Source: Saccostrea cucullata (lineage: Eukaryota). Taken from it: a DNA stretch of 64,000 bases. The notes beneath the pieces were generated by a model. The model saw only the letters and a program-made list of their open reading frames with translations. It had not been told where the DNA came from and made no database searches. Shown one piece after another: positions 25,304 to 37,300 of the stretch. The stretch is from positions 62,001 through 126,000 of the forward strand of contig NW_026918910.1 of the NCBI RefSeq assembly GCF_032062105.1. The letters run 5' to 3'. Made by a program: the position numbers and the translations under genes. How positions within the stretch are numbered: the first letter of the stretch is position 1; the number at the start of each line of letters is the position of its first letter.

Positions 25304-28300
25304 CACTTATTCTGTACTAAATCTCTTCTTTTTATAAAACTTGGATTTGCATGCATAACTTTAAGTTGATTTCCAATAATTAACCTGTTTTAGACTTTGA
25401 TCATGATGATAATAGAAATATTTCCAAAAGGTACATGGAGACACATACCCCAAACTCCTACCCAGGGTGATTATTATACATGTACATGTACCACCTAAAG
25501 TTCTTGTTTCTTAGGTTTTATGGTCTGAATATTACAAACTACGCAAATTTAACTTGTCAATTTAAAAAATAAATGAACAGAAATCATCACATTCCTTCAG
25601 TTCCAAAGAAGATAATATTTCACCCAGGGAATGTATTACCTCTGGAAATTACCTGTTTGTGAAAATAAATATTCATTGTTAATGTCAAAATATTTTGTCT
25701 TCATCGACAAATGCAAGAGGGCAATACTTTTAAACCCTCCATTTTTTAAGAAAAAAAGGATTATTAGAAAAAAAAAACTTTAAGGGCCATAATAGTCAAC
25801 TGAGTGTAATACAACCCTATATAGAAATCTTGAAATAATGAATAATTAAATAATTCTTGTAGCATGGGAAATTTTCTAATACAGTGCCGTGGACCTTCAG
25901 ATATCCGGACGCCAGATATCCGGATGCTTCAATATACGGACGATTTTTCATCGGAACGAAAATTTTAATGTTATTTTGTCTTGTTTAACTGGTGATTCAG
26001 ATATCCGGATGCTTCACATATCCGGACAAATTGACTGGGAACCAAAGCGTCCGGATAAATGAGGCTCCACTGTAAATGATAATGGAGTGTCACCCTTACA
26101 CCAGAAACCCTGTCTTAGGGGCCATAAATTCAGAACAAGCAAGCTCTCTTCCTCATGTACTCAAGAACAGACAAGATTTTTCAGAGAATAATGTCATACT
26201 CATTTTTACTATACCACTAACAGAACCATTCCTTCCCCCCCCCCTCTGACACAGGGGGAGGGCGACATGGGTGGAGAAAATTTTTGAAGAATTTATGCAT
26301 TTTTGGCATTTTGATCCATAGAGCCCAAACTACATTGTAACACCAGAACCCTGAACCTGGGACCATGAGTTTCATATTTTTCTACAGATCTTCATGCTTA
26401 TTTTATTCACGCCAGCAGTTTAAATGCATCATGTCCAGAAGTACACCTTTAGTCAGAGTTGCTATATGCCAAGGTTGGTTGAAACTGGTTTAGTGGCTCC
26501 AGAGGAATTATAGAAAATGTTCAAATGTTAACACACCAACGGCGGAAAAAAACAGCAGCAGGTCACATGATTAGCTCAGGGGAATTAAAATGAGTTCCAC
26601 AATAGCTTCCACAAAACCTTCTGACTACTAAGGAGATAAATTAGGCAAAATTCATTTTCACTCTATTAAGATTACAATTAAATGTGTAAAAGAATAAAGT
26701 TAGTGATTATGTACGAACAATTGGATTAAGGAAGTATGAGATCCTCAGATTAAAGTATTAATAATAATTAAGTTACTGATTAAAATATGGACCATGTTCT
26801 AACAGAAAATTTGTAAATAAATAATAATGTCACAGAGCGCAGACCGACTCATGAGGAACACTGTTGACTATCTGTTAATCCATCCTACATTTTATTTTAC
26901 CTTGATATCACTTCAGGGCAACAGGAAAAAATCCCAGGACAACGGACTATTATTTATACCCATATAATCAGTCATTTCTTAAATACATTGCTATTGAGTA
27001 ATAATGTATTAGACAATATAATTTTTGGATATTACATACATATTACATACATCTAAACATTTCTAAAGTTACATGTACCAACACTCGTAACCTATAGATT
27101 TTTCCATTAATTGATTTTTTTTAAATGGGAAAAAAATGAAAGATTATTTAATAATTTTAAAACTGAGAGACAGAGCATTTATGCTATGTTTACTTTTTTT
27201 TTTCACAAGGCCTTTTAAAAATATCAGTTATTTTTCACAAGGCCTTTTAATAAATATCAGAGTTATGAACAGAAATAAATCTTGGATTTTAACACAGTAG
27301 CTATTGCAAAAAAAAAAATACCTTCTAAAAATTTTACTTGCAGTAAATAAAAGATTTATATTTGGTAAGTTTATTATAAACTTTCCAAAAATATAGAGAA
27401 AAGTTTGAAAGAAAATAAAATACAACTGATAGAAATTAATTATATAGTAACAGTTCGGTCAAACAGTCCAGGGACTCTTACCCAGACATAGAAAGTGGCC
27501 GCGCCAGCTGACACGTCCCTGACCTCCTCAAGGTCAAATTCTTCTAACAGTGACTTAGCCCTCTTTGCTGGGGTCAGTGGAATGTTTTCAGGCTTGCATT
27601 CAATACAGCGTCTCTTCAAGCTTTCCTTTCCTGTTTTTCCCACCAAAGCTTGGACAGCTTTCCAAATCTACAATTATACATTAACATTCCATTCATTTGA
27701 AAAGTTCATTCATTTTAGTAAAGATAGTGACAAGTCTTGTCTCTTTATATTGCCCAGAAAATATGCGTGACAGAGCTTTTAGAGACTCAATATTTTTTAT
27801 ATGCACAAATAATAATTTCATACCATTGCAAAAAATACTAACCATTGTTTAGAAAATGCAAATTTCACAACCTTCACATCAAAAAATACTAAGACAATCA
27901 AATTCTAAAACCTGTAAATTATCAATCAAAGAGTTAGAAATTTTACATTTGATGGCCCCAAAATAATAACCTTGGTTTCCTTTTCCTGGTGGCCAAGTAA
28001 TAAGAAGGTTGCCGTCATGATCTTGTGAACCATGGGGGGAGGGTTCTGATAACTTCTGATCTCCGCTACAGTCGCTTGCTTCAGCTCCAGGATCTCGTGA
28101 CGGATACGCTCCAGCCGCTTCAGTCGTGTAAACAGCTTGTTAGCCTCGCCTAGCTCCTTGGCCAGTGGAACTTCCAATCCATGCTTCTTCACTGCATTGA
28201 TTGCCTTCTCTAATTCTTCTAATTCTCGTTTTGTCATAGCACGATGTAAGTCTAAAATAGTAGTTAAAAATATGGTTTTATTGTTATTTTTTATAGTATC

Positions 28301-31300
28301 CATACATTTCTCTGAAAGAAAGTGTAATATATGAAATAAATTAAAGCAGAATTTCAATGTTTGAAAATTATTTCCAGATTTACAAACTTGATGCAAATAT
28401 CTTCATTTTTTTTTTTTTTTACCAAATAGAATTAGCCTATTTAACATGAAATAAATAAAAATTGTATAGAAAATCCTAATGTTAAGTAATTCACATAAAG
28501 AATAACATCTAATGACTGAAGACACAAACCGTCTCTGACGAGGAGTTCCTTCAGAATTTTCTCTGCTTTCTTCAGGTCCATGTCTGTATCTTCTAGCTTC
28601 TCCTTCTTGAACTCTGTGATGTTGTAGTCCAGCTGGTACCGATCCCGACTTTTGATTGCCACTTTCAAATTGTACCGTAGTTTTCTGTGCCTTTCATCTA
28701 GTTTTGAAATTACATCAATTGTTTACAAGTAAAGTACTAAATGCATTTGCTTCAAGAAAATGCTGAATATGAATTTGAAATCTGAAAGTTCATATTAGAA
28801 ATATTAATACTTTCAATAGAATTCATCTATCTTTGAGACTAATTTTGAACTACTGGAACCCACTCTAATTCACTGTAGTAATCTATTGGACCTGGGAAAC
28901 CGATCTTATAACAGTTTTTGATACTCGTCCCCACTCTGTAGTATTGTAGCAGTCTATTGGACTCAGTTACTGACCTTGTAACTGTTTGTGTAACACCTCA
29001 GTAACTGACCTTGTAACTGTTTATATAACACCTCATTAACTGACCTTGTAACTGTTTATGTAACACCTCAATAACTGACCTTGTAACTGTTTAAAATAAC
29101 TCCTCAGTAACTGACCTTGTAACTGTTTACGTAACACCTCAGTAACTGACCTTGTAACTGTCTACATAACCCCTCAGTAACTGACCTTGTAACTGTTTAC
29201 ATAACACCTCAGTAACTGACCTTGTAACTGTTTATGTAACACCTCAGTAACTGACCTAGTAACTGTTTATATAACACCTCAGTAACTGACCTAGTAACTG
29301 TTTATATTACACCTCAGTAACTGATCTTGTAACTGTTTATGTAACACCTCAGTAACTGACCTTGTAACTGTTTATGTAACACCTCAGTAACTGACCTAGT
29401 AACTGTTTATGTTACACCTCAGTAACTGACCTTGTAACTGTTTGCCTAACACCTCAGTAACTGACCTTATAACTGTATATGTAACACCTCAGTAACTAAC
29501 CTAGTAACTGTTTATGTTACTCCTCTGAAACTGACCTTGTAACTCTTTATGTTTACATAACATCTCAGTAACTGACCTTGTAACTGTTTATATAACACCT
29601 CAGTAACTGACCTTGTAACTGTTTACATAACACCTCAGTAACTGACCTTGTAACTGTTTATATAACACGTCAGTAACTGACCTAGTAACTGTTTACATAA
29701 CACCTCAGTAACTGACCTTGTAACTATTTATATAACACCTCAGTAACTGACCTTGTAACTGTTTATATAACACCTCAGTAACTGACCTTGTAACTGTTTA
29801 TATAACACCTCAGTAACTGACCTTGTAACTGTTTACGTAACCTCCTCTGCTCCTCCTCAGAACCTCCCTTCTTCTTCAGTTTATCCAGCTCCTCTTTTGT
29901 CTTCTTCTCTTTCTCTTCAGCATCCTATACACAAGTATAAAGGAAATATCTTTCTTTTTTCATAATAATAATATTAAGCATAAGTAACTGTACATCAAAA
30001 AAGTAGAGAACACTATTCAAAGGAAAAATTGCTCCTTGTTGAAATATATTTTATGGTGAGAACTTACTCGATTGATCAGATATAACATTTTTTTTGTAAT
30101 ATGTAATAAATAATCAATAGAGCATTAGAGTTTCGACCTTAGCGAATTTTTCCACATCTTTATATAGCTCTTCTTCTTCTTTTTTCCTCCTCTCTTCCTC
30201 TTCTCTCTGTTTTTTCTCCAACTCCCTTAATCGTTCCAATTCCTACAAGATATCCAGAAGAAGAGTGAGCTTCCAACATTACACATTTCTTTGAAATATC
30301 AATGTAGTAGAAAATTATCTTGAAACCTTGTAACAAAATTAACAAATTTTATAAATGACACTGAAGTACTGTAGGATCATGAAAATTCATGCTAGAGTTA
30401 CCTCCTCTTCCTCCCTCCTTCTTCTCTCTTCTTCCTCTTGTCTCTGTCTCTCTGTGTAATATACAAGGCATTATTAAACTTAATCACTTCAGTCATACTC
30501 ATACAGTAAAATGGATAGTCTGACAGAAATACATGCACTTAACCTTCTAATGTTTTATGTTTATTAAGTGTATCAATTACACTATAATCATTACTGCATT
30601 CAACTAACTCTTATAACTACTTGGATAAAGGGATATAACTGAGGAATGTCTTACTGGAAAGTACATTTCTAGGATTGAAAACTAAAGTGATTTCAGATGT
30701 ATATATAGACAGAGAGATACACAATTATATATATTATACATTTCCTTGTTACATAATCTGTATATGAAATCTAAATGATCATGCAGTGGCCTATACTTAA
30801 CCTCTGGTTTTATCATAAAGTGCTGTATAAACACAGAATAAAAGTCAAAGTTACTCATTTTATATACAAGTGATTTTGATTGTGTTGAAACATGCAATAA
30901 AACCATACTTTTCTATATACTAGAAGACTTGCTGAAAAATCACATTCAAGTGCACATGACACAAAACCTTCAGCTCAAACAAATAAATGATGCTCATGAC
31001 TTTATACCAAACAAAGCATCGTAAAAAAAATATTGCATTCAAATAATTATAAATTCTGGCATGCTAAGCTTCAATCCTGAGGCCTTAATAACCGACACAT
31101 CAATCAAATTTTGCACTGATTGACCTCGGTGACGAATTTCTTCCTCGGTTTCCTCGGTTTCTTCTCCTTCCTCCTCCTCCTCATTTAGTTCTGTGCTGAT
31201 TTCTCTTTCTAATTTATTTTAGTTCATAGAATTGTTAGTGTTATCATTTACAGATATCCAACTTATTTACATGTAATTACATATTACAAGAGGTCTTTAA

Positions 31301-33790
31301 ACCTAACTGACATAAAGAAAATAAATCTTTCTTTACTTGAACCATTTAAAATCACTTATCCATTAAATCTTGCATCAAAACTACAAAAGAGAGAATTCTA
31401 AACACAACTAGGAAATTGACACAGTCAGAAAGGGCTAAAGAGAACTCTCATAGGATAAAAGTTATTGTCTGAATATTTCACTTTTACCAAAATGGGAGAA
31501 ATAAATCATTATTTAAAAGACAGCTTCATAGTTCAAGACCTCTGGTTTGTTTGATATGCTTTTTATGGCTTTGTTAAGATTACATACCTTCATCTTCAAG
31601 TTGTCTTTTTCTTCGCAATTCTTCATCTCTCCTTTGTCCCTGCAAGAGAAAAAATATATAATAGTAGTTTCAAGAAATTTTCAAGGTTTTATTTTAAAGG
31701 GACAAAAATACTAAATATTAAGAAGTGCAAACCTCTTCTTGCTTTCTCCGTTCCTCATCTCTCTTCTTCTTTAACCTTGCCACTTCTTCTTCTGCTAACC
31801 TTTCTCTTCTTAATCGATCTAAAATATTTTTTTTTTTGTAAGGTAGTGTTCCATAACCCTACATGTATAATTACATTGATGAAAATGTACATTTATATAA
31901 TTATTATGAAATAAAAAAATAAATTTGAGGTCATCACCCTCTCTCTCCTGTTCCTCCTCCATTTTCTCTGTCTGCAGATCCAGGCGGTTTGGAATACTGC
32001 ACAACATAACTTCTATCTCAGCAAATGCAACAGCACTGCCAGGAATCGGACGGCCCTTAACAAACTCCTCCCACTTCTTCCTGGAGAAATGGCGGCCATG
32101 GACAGTTTGAACAAACCATCTAGAACATAAATGATTTTATTTGGCATATACCAGTATAAAAAATGAAGGTTAAACAAGAAATCTGTGAGGCAATGCTCAC
32201 TAGGAATACCTCCGCGCTGATGTGAATAAACACTATCATGTTAATATACACAAGTTCCATTACAGACAGATGCACAGACAAACAGGAAGTTGACATCAGA
32301 TTCATATCAAAATTAATCCCACCATATGGCATGCCTCGACAAAGAGTGTACTAAAATTTCAAGCATCTGCTGTGATTAGTTGATGAGAAAACTGCAACAA
32401 AAAATTTGTTATGTATGAAATGGACAGACGCAAAAACAAACAGGAAGTTGACATCAGATTTGACCAAAAATGTATTCCACCGTATGGCATGCCTCAGAGA
32501 AAATTGTGTTAAAATTTCAAGCATCTGCGATGAGTACTTGCTGAGAAAACTGTGACGAAAAATTTGTTACATATGAAACGTACAGACGCACATACAAACA
32601 GGAAGTTGACAATGGATTTGACCAAAAAAGTATCCCACCTTATGGCATGCCTCAGAGAAGATTGTGTTAAAATTTCAAGCATCTGCAATGAGTAGTTGCT
32701 GAAAAAACTGCTACGAAAATTTATTATGTATGAAACGGACAGATGCACAGACAAAAGGGAAGTTGACATCGGATTTAAACAAACATGTATCCCATCGTAT
32801 GACATGCCTCAGAGAAGACTGTGTTAAAATTTCAAGCATTTGCGATGAGTAGTTGCTGAGAAAACTATGACGAAAATTTGTTATGTATGCAACCGACAGA
32901 TGCACGGACAAACAGGAAGTTGACATCGGATTTAAACAAAAATGTATCCCACCGTATGGCATGTCTCGGAGAAGATTGTGTTAAAATTTCAAGCATCTGC
33001 GATGAATAGTTGCTGAGAAAACTGCGACGAAAAATTTGTTAAGGACAGACAGACAGACAGACACACAAGGGTAAAACAGTATACCCCCTCTCCTTCGGAG
33101 CGGGGGTATAATAATTAACTTTCCAACAAAATGTTGTCCTTTCTCAATGTAAGAGTGATCAATTCATTATTTTTTAATCAGATACACAAAGATGAAATTG
33201 TTTGGGAATAAATAAATTTACATTAATGTACTAACTGCTTTTAGATAAACAAATTTACCGAGCTTCGTCCTGTGTAATGGTGTCTTTGTGATGTACATCT
33301 ATCATGGAGAATTCCCATCTGAAGTCCTGAATCAGGAAGTAGCGACGGTCCATCTCCTGTAGTAGAGCATAAAGCTCTGAGGACTCGCAGAAACTGCGAT
33401 GGACACACACATACTTCATTGACTCCATAACCTGCAATACAAGTACAGATATTACTCATAATTTGTGATTTATAAAGCAAAATTCTATTTTTATAAAAAG
33501 GAACATATGCAACATAGGCAATTAAAAGCTAAATATTAATAATAATTATAAAGTTCTCTTTCAGTTTTTCAGTTATATTTATTTTGATGGGATACAGCTT
33601 CTAAAATCACAATTTTCTTTTATTCCAGTGTTTGAAAAATAAAATTTACTTGTGGTAAACTGATTCCTCCCATTCGGAGATCTCCATGCAGTATCTGCAT
33701 CTGTATTGGAGACAGGCTCCCTTTTCCATCTGTATCATAGTTGTTGAAAATGGTCTCCAAAACCACTCTCTCATCTAGAAGACCTCCCAT
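24639..33790 (-). CDS. Uncharacterised protein of about 548 aa: N-terminal EF-hands, long E/R/K charged helix, C-terminal dynein-heavy-chain MTBD-like domain
   Basis: Exons (minus): 33650-33790, 33259-33431, 31938-32119, 31733-31818, 31588-31639, 31125-31208 (acceptor uncertain), 30402-30451, 30138-30206, 29822-29924, 28530-28697, 27971-28251, 27482-27667, 24639-24710. Phases are consistent (1647 nt). EF loops DTDGKGSLSPIQ and DVHHKDTITQDE. C-terminus ELKQATVAEIRSYQNPPPMVHKIMTATFLLLG..IWKAVQ..VRDVSAGAATFYVWASAMIEE. Confidence 0.85.
25257..25300. repeat. (CT)n microsatellite
   Basis: Direct CT run. Confidence 0.9.
25720..26590 (-). mobile_element. Degraded HINE remnant containing a nested MITE
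   Basis: Monomer motifs CACCAGAACCCTGAACCTGGGACCAT as in 37895-39144; end AGGTCACATGATTAGCTCAGGGGAATTAAAA. Confidence 0.5.
25881..26072. mobile_element. Short TA-flanked MITE with ATATCCGGA repeats
   Basis: TACAGTG...CACTGTA termini; internal ATATCCGGA(C/T) repeats. Confidence 0.7.
28960..29843. repeat. 35-bp tandem array (about 25 units) derived from the end of exon 9 and its splice donor in the EF-hand/MTBD gene
   Basis: Unit AACACCTCAGTAACTGACCTTGTAACTGTTTATAT (period 35, e.g. 29701 and 29736). On the minus strand the seed is TTACGTAAACAGTTACAAG|gtcagttactgaggtg (..LRKQLQ|donor). Confidence 0.95.
32173..33112 (-). mobile_element. HINE with 5 copies of an approximately 158-bp satellite monomer
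   Basis: GGAAGTTGAC at 32285, 32443, 32601, 32758, 32915; (GACA)n; terminal TATACCCCCTCTCCTTCGGAGCGGGGGTATA hairpin. Confidence 0.82.
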
Positions 33791-34330
33791 GGTGAATAAA
33801 TACTACAAAATTATTAATTTCCATCCCATTATTATACATAACAGTTATCTCATAAACATTAAACATATTTTATGAATTAGGCCTAAATCAATATTGCAAA
33901 ATTAAATAAAATTTTCAAAATATTTTTTTTCAAAAATCAATCCAATCCAGCGTAAGTGTCCTTAATTACAACACAATAGAAATTCATTTCAAATGACAAA
34001 ATAACAGTTGCCTTTAAACTGCTTAACTTCTTTATTTGATTATTTTCCAGAATACATGGAAATTTAACTCACTTTATTATCAAAACATAGGTTTGAGGTT
34101 CTCAGGTAGCCATTTGTAAACAACCTTTATCCCGAGCACCATAAGAAAGATAGTTTTTGATTCGACAATGATTTAGAATCAACCAATCAAATGTCTCGTT
34201 CTATAATTCGCTTCCTGATAGCACTCTTCCAACATGTCAGCTGGAAATTGTGGGTGGTGGATGTATCATCATATGATAAGAAAATAATGACTGATGACAG
34301 GCTAAGTGACCATCCAAAACAGCAGACGAC
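33791..34330. promoter_or_regulatory. Probable bidirectional promoter between the EF-hand/MTBD gene and FAM91A1
   Basis: Divergent ATGs 540 bp apart; CCAAT at 34183; a minus-strand gtgagt donor near 34070 suggests a 5' UTR exon. Confidence 0.55.
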
Positions 34331-37300
34331 ATGAATTCAGACGTAGAAAACCAAATCAGATTGAACAACCCGTGGCAAAAACTACCAGCAGCCATCAAAC
34401 AAGTAATTACTGACTATAGGATGTCCTCTTATCCCAGGGAGATTGCCCACGTTTATAGTATCAGGAGAAAAGATCATTTTATTCATTGATAAAATGATCA
34501 TCTAATAGATTATAATTTTAATAATAATTGTAAGATTTAGTTTGCCATGGTAGTGGTGCCTGTCAAATTTAATAGCATTTTATAAAACCTGAAGTCGTGC
34601 ATTCATGCATATTGTAAAATAGGTGTTTTATTTATGATAAAATTTGTTTCATTTTCTTCTTATTTCTCATTAAACATTTCATTTATTTGCAGATTCTTGG
34701 CAATTCACAGAGGGAATATGACAAAGCAATTGTCCAGTTTAGCATTAAGAATCAGTTGCGCTATAAAGGTAATTTAGTTCGGACCGTGAGGAAGGATGAG
34801 CGCCGATACTATGAAGACTTGATGCACTACAGTCAGGAGCATCTGATGCTGTACCCCTATCACCTGTCTGATGTCATCGTCAAGGGGTTAAGGGTCACAC
34901 CCTTCACCTACTACATCAACATGATGTCAGACATTATGACCCAGGAGAAGAGCTACGATTCTCTGCCGAACTTTACTGCTGCGGACTGTAAGTTTTAATT
35001 GTCATCTGAAATGAAAAGTTTTTCCTACCTTGGATAGTGTTTCTAGGCTACAATTACAGTTTATTAAGGTTCTCAGATAAAGCAATGAAGAGCTAACAAA
35101 GACAGGAAACATTATCAAGTATTGAGGAAGTTTTAGTTATTCATATTTCTAAAAAAAAAGAATCGCACTGTCATGTGTATGAAGTTCAGGTGTTTGTGAA
35201 TTTTTAGATGTTTTGTTTAAAAAAAATATTTTATAGTCTTTGATATGTACTTTAGTATAAATTACCTTGTTCATCAAATAATAAATATTATTTGCATCGA
35301 AACTGCTTAACTTATGTCAATTTATTAATTTAAAAGTGAAATAATACAATCAAAAGTTTTCCTTTAATTCAGGTTTGAGACTTCTGGGAATAGGCCGTAA
35401 TCAGTACATTGATCTAATGAACCAATGTAGATCTTCAAAGGTAAGTTACTGTAAACGTATCACATTTGGCGGTGTATTCTTTTAGTGCTTTTGGCGGAAA
35501 GATACTTCCGCTAATTCAAGTACACCGCTAAATGTCTTAAACATGATACTGAATAAGAATATCAAGAAATGTGCTAAATGAAATCAACGCTAACTTGTTT
35601 AAAAATCATTTTCCGCTAAATATCATACATGGTTTACAGTACATTTACAGTATACTTATAGATGTAAAATTCAACGCTAACTTGTTTAAAAATCATTTTC
35701 CGCTAAATATCGTACAGGGTTTACAGTACATTTACAGTATACTTATAGATGTAAAATTTATATTAAAGTGTCTGCTATAGGAATATAAAACATTTCTAAA
35801 AATTTCAAGTCTTTACTTATGCAGTCATTTAGTTCCTCTTTCATTAAATTCATATTTTCAATGTATACCTTAAGTATTTCAAATTTTAGTAATATTGTGT
35901 GTTTTGATATTGTATGATAATATTAGAGTTATATGTTAAAATATTTTGAAAGTAAATGCTTACAAAATTTTTGGTTCATGAATACTGATAGAAAAAAGTT
36001 TCTCATTAATTTTCCAGAAATTTTTTCGACGAAAGCCTCCTAAAGACCTCTTGCCATCACAACCAGTAGAAACAGTGACCTTTGAGCACTGGTGGCTAGT
36101 GAATGTAGGCTACATCACAGAAGAAGATGTCAAGGTCATTAGATTTCAAACTTCTAACATTGGATTATTAACTTCCAACATCAATGCTCATCTAGTACTT
36201 TTGTCAGGCCAGCTTAATTCAGTCTAATTTTGCATACAGTAACATCCTTTGATAAACTTGAAACAAAATTAGGAAACAACAGGATATTGTGCTGTGAATG
36301 CAAAACTAGATGGGGCAGCTTTTCACTATCAATTTTTAAGTACAAACCAAAAGAAATACAGTCTCATTGGAGACCGCTGGTTTAAAGTCATTCCCCGTTC
36401 CCCCCCGCCCCCCCCCAAAAAAAAAAAAAGAAAGAAATAACATATGCAGTATTGGTACTGTATAAATCATTATTTTGTCATAGGAAATTTATAATTTTCC
36501 TAAATCTTCAGACTCTGAAAGTTTATTGTTGTGATATACATGTATGACAAGAAGGAGTGTCAGTTCATTGTCAGTGCATGTTGTTGTAGATGCATCAGAA
36601 AAATTAAGTGTAAATTTAAGCCCTATTTTAAATGACTCCCTTTATTTTACGTTTTTTTAGATGTGCTCTGTATCAGAGAAGAATGTGATAGATTCTATAA
36701 TAGACAGTGAGGAGAGCTGTCAGTTAGCTGGGGAGATGGACTACAAAATTATTCAAAGTTAGTTCCTGTATTCTTATTTCATCCAAGCTACCAGTGTTTG
36801 ATCTTTTGTTTCTAGCTCTACTGGTCAAGTTATAACTGTTTCTTTTACACATAAATCATTTTTGCAACAAGATATTATTCCCAATAAGTCACAGCTTCTA
36901 TACTCATGATCAAATGTAAAAATTGTATAATGGTAAAATGTACATTGATTCATTGTACAAATGTTAATTCTTTTTTTACAGGTCTCTATAGAAAGGGATT
37001 AATTTACCTTAATGTTCCTATAAAGGATGATGATTGTATAATAGGTAGGTGGAATGAAAATTTCCTGGTTATTCTGCATGCTGTTAGATTGGTTTAAACT
37101 TATTAGGTTTACATGGTATAGAACAAGTGTATGGTTTTCAAATTCGTAATTGTTTATGATGTAAAAACTGTAAGAAGCTTTCACACAAAACAACATTTGT
37201 AGAAAATACATTTACACACTACATGTATCAAGGACTTGCTTGTACGAATATAAATTTATTTGTTATAAAGTGCCGCCTCTGGAGGGATTTGTTATGAATC

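Noticed and set aside
27440-27481. Ending the EF-hand/MTBD gene at the ORF stop 27440
   Set aside because: A strong donor TGG|gtaaga at 27482 and a well-fitting terminal exon at 24639-24710 complete the domain's last helix.
28960-29843. CRISPR-like appearance of the 35-bp array (and the 33-bp array)
   Set aside because: Units are head-to-tail with no unique spacers, there are no cas genes, the context is a eukaryotic intron, and the unit derives from a host exon junction.
32120-32962. Repeated ORFs (MPYGGI...MSTSCLSVHLSV)
   Set aside because: Translations of HINE satellite monomers; the same applies to ORFs at 40109-40605, 46813-48816, 52200-54076 and 57176-58157.
34005-34556. RFX X-box-like motifs (GTTGCC at 34007; TTTGCCATGGTAGT near 34541) supporting a ciliary role for the MTBD-like gene
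   Set aside because: Only partial matches to the consensus; too weak without conservation data.
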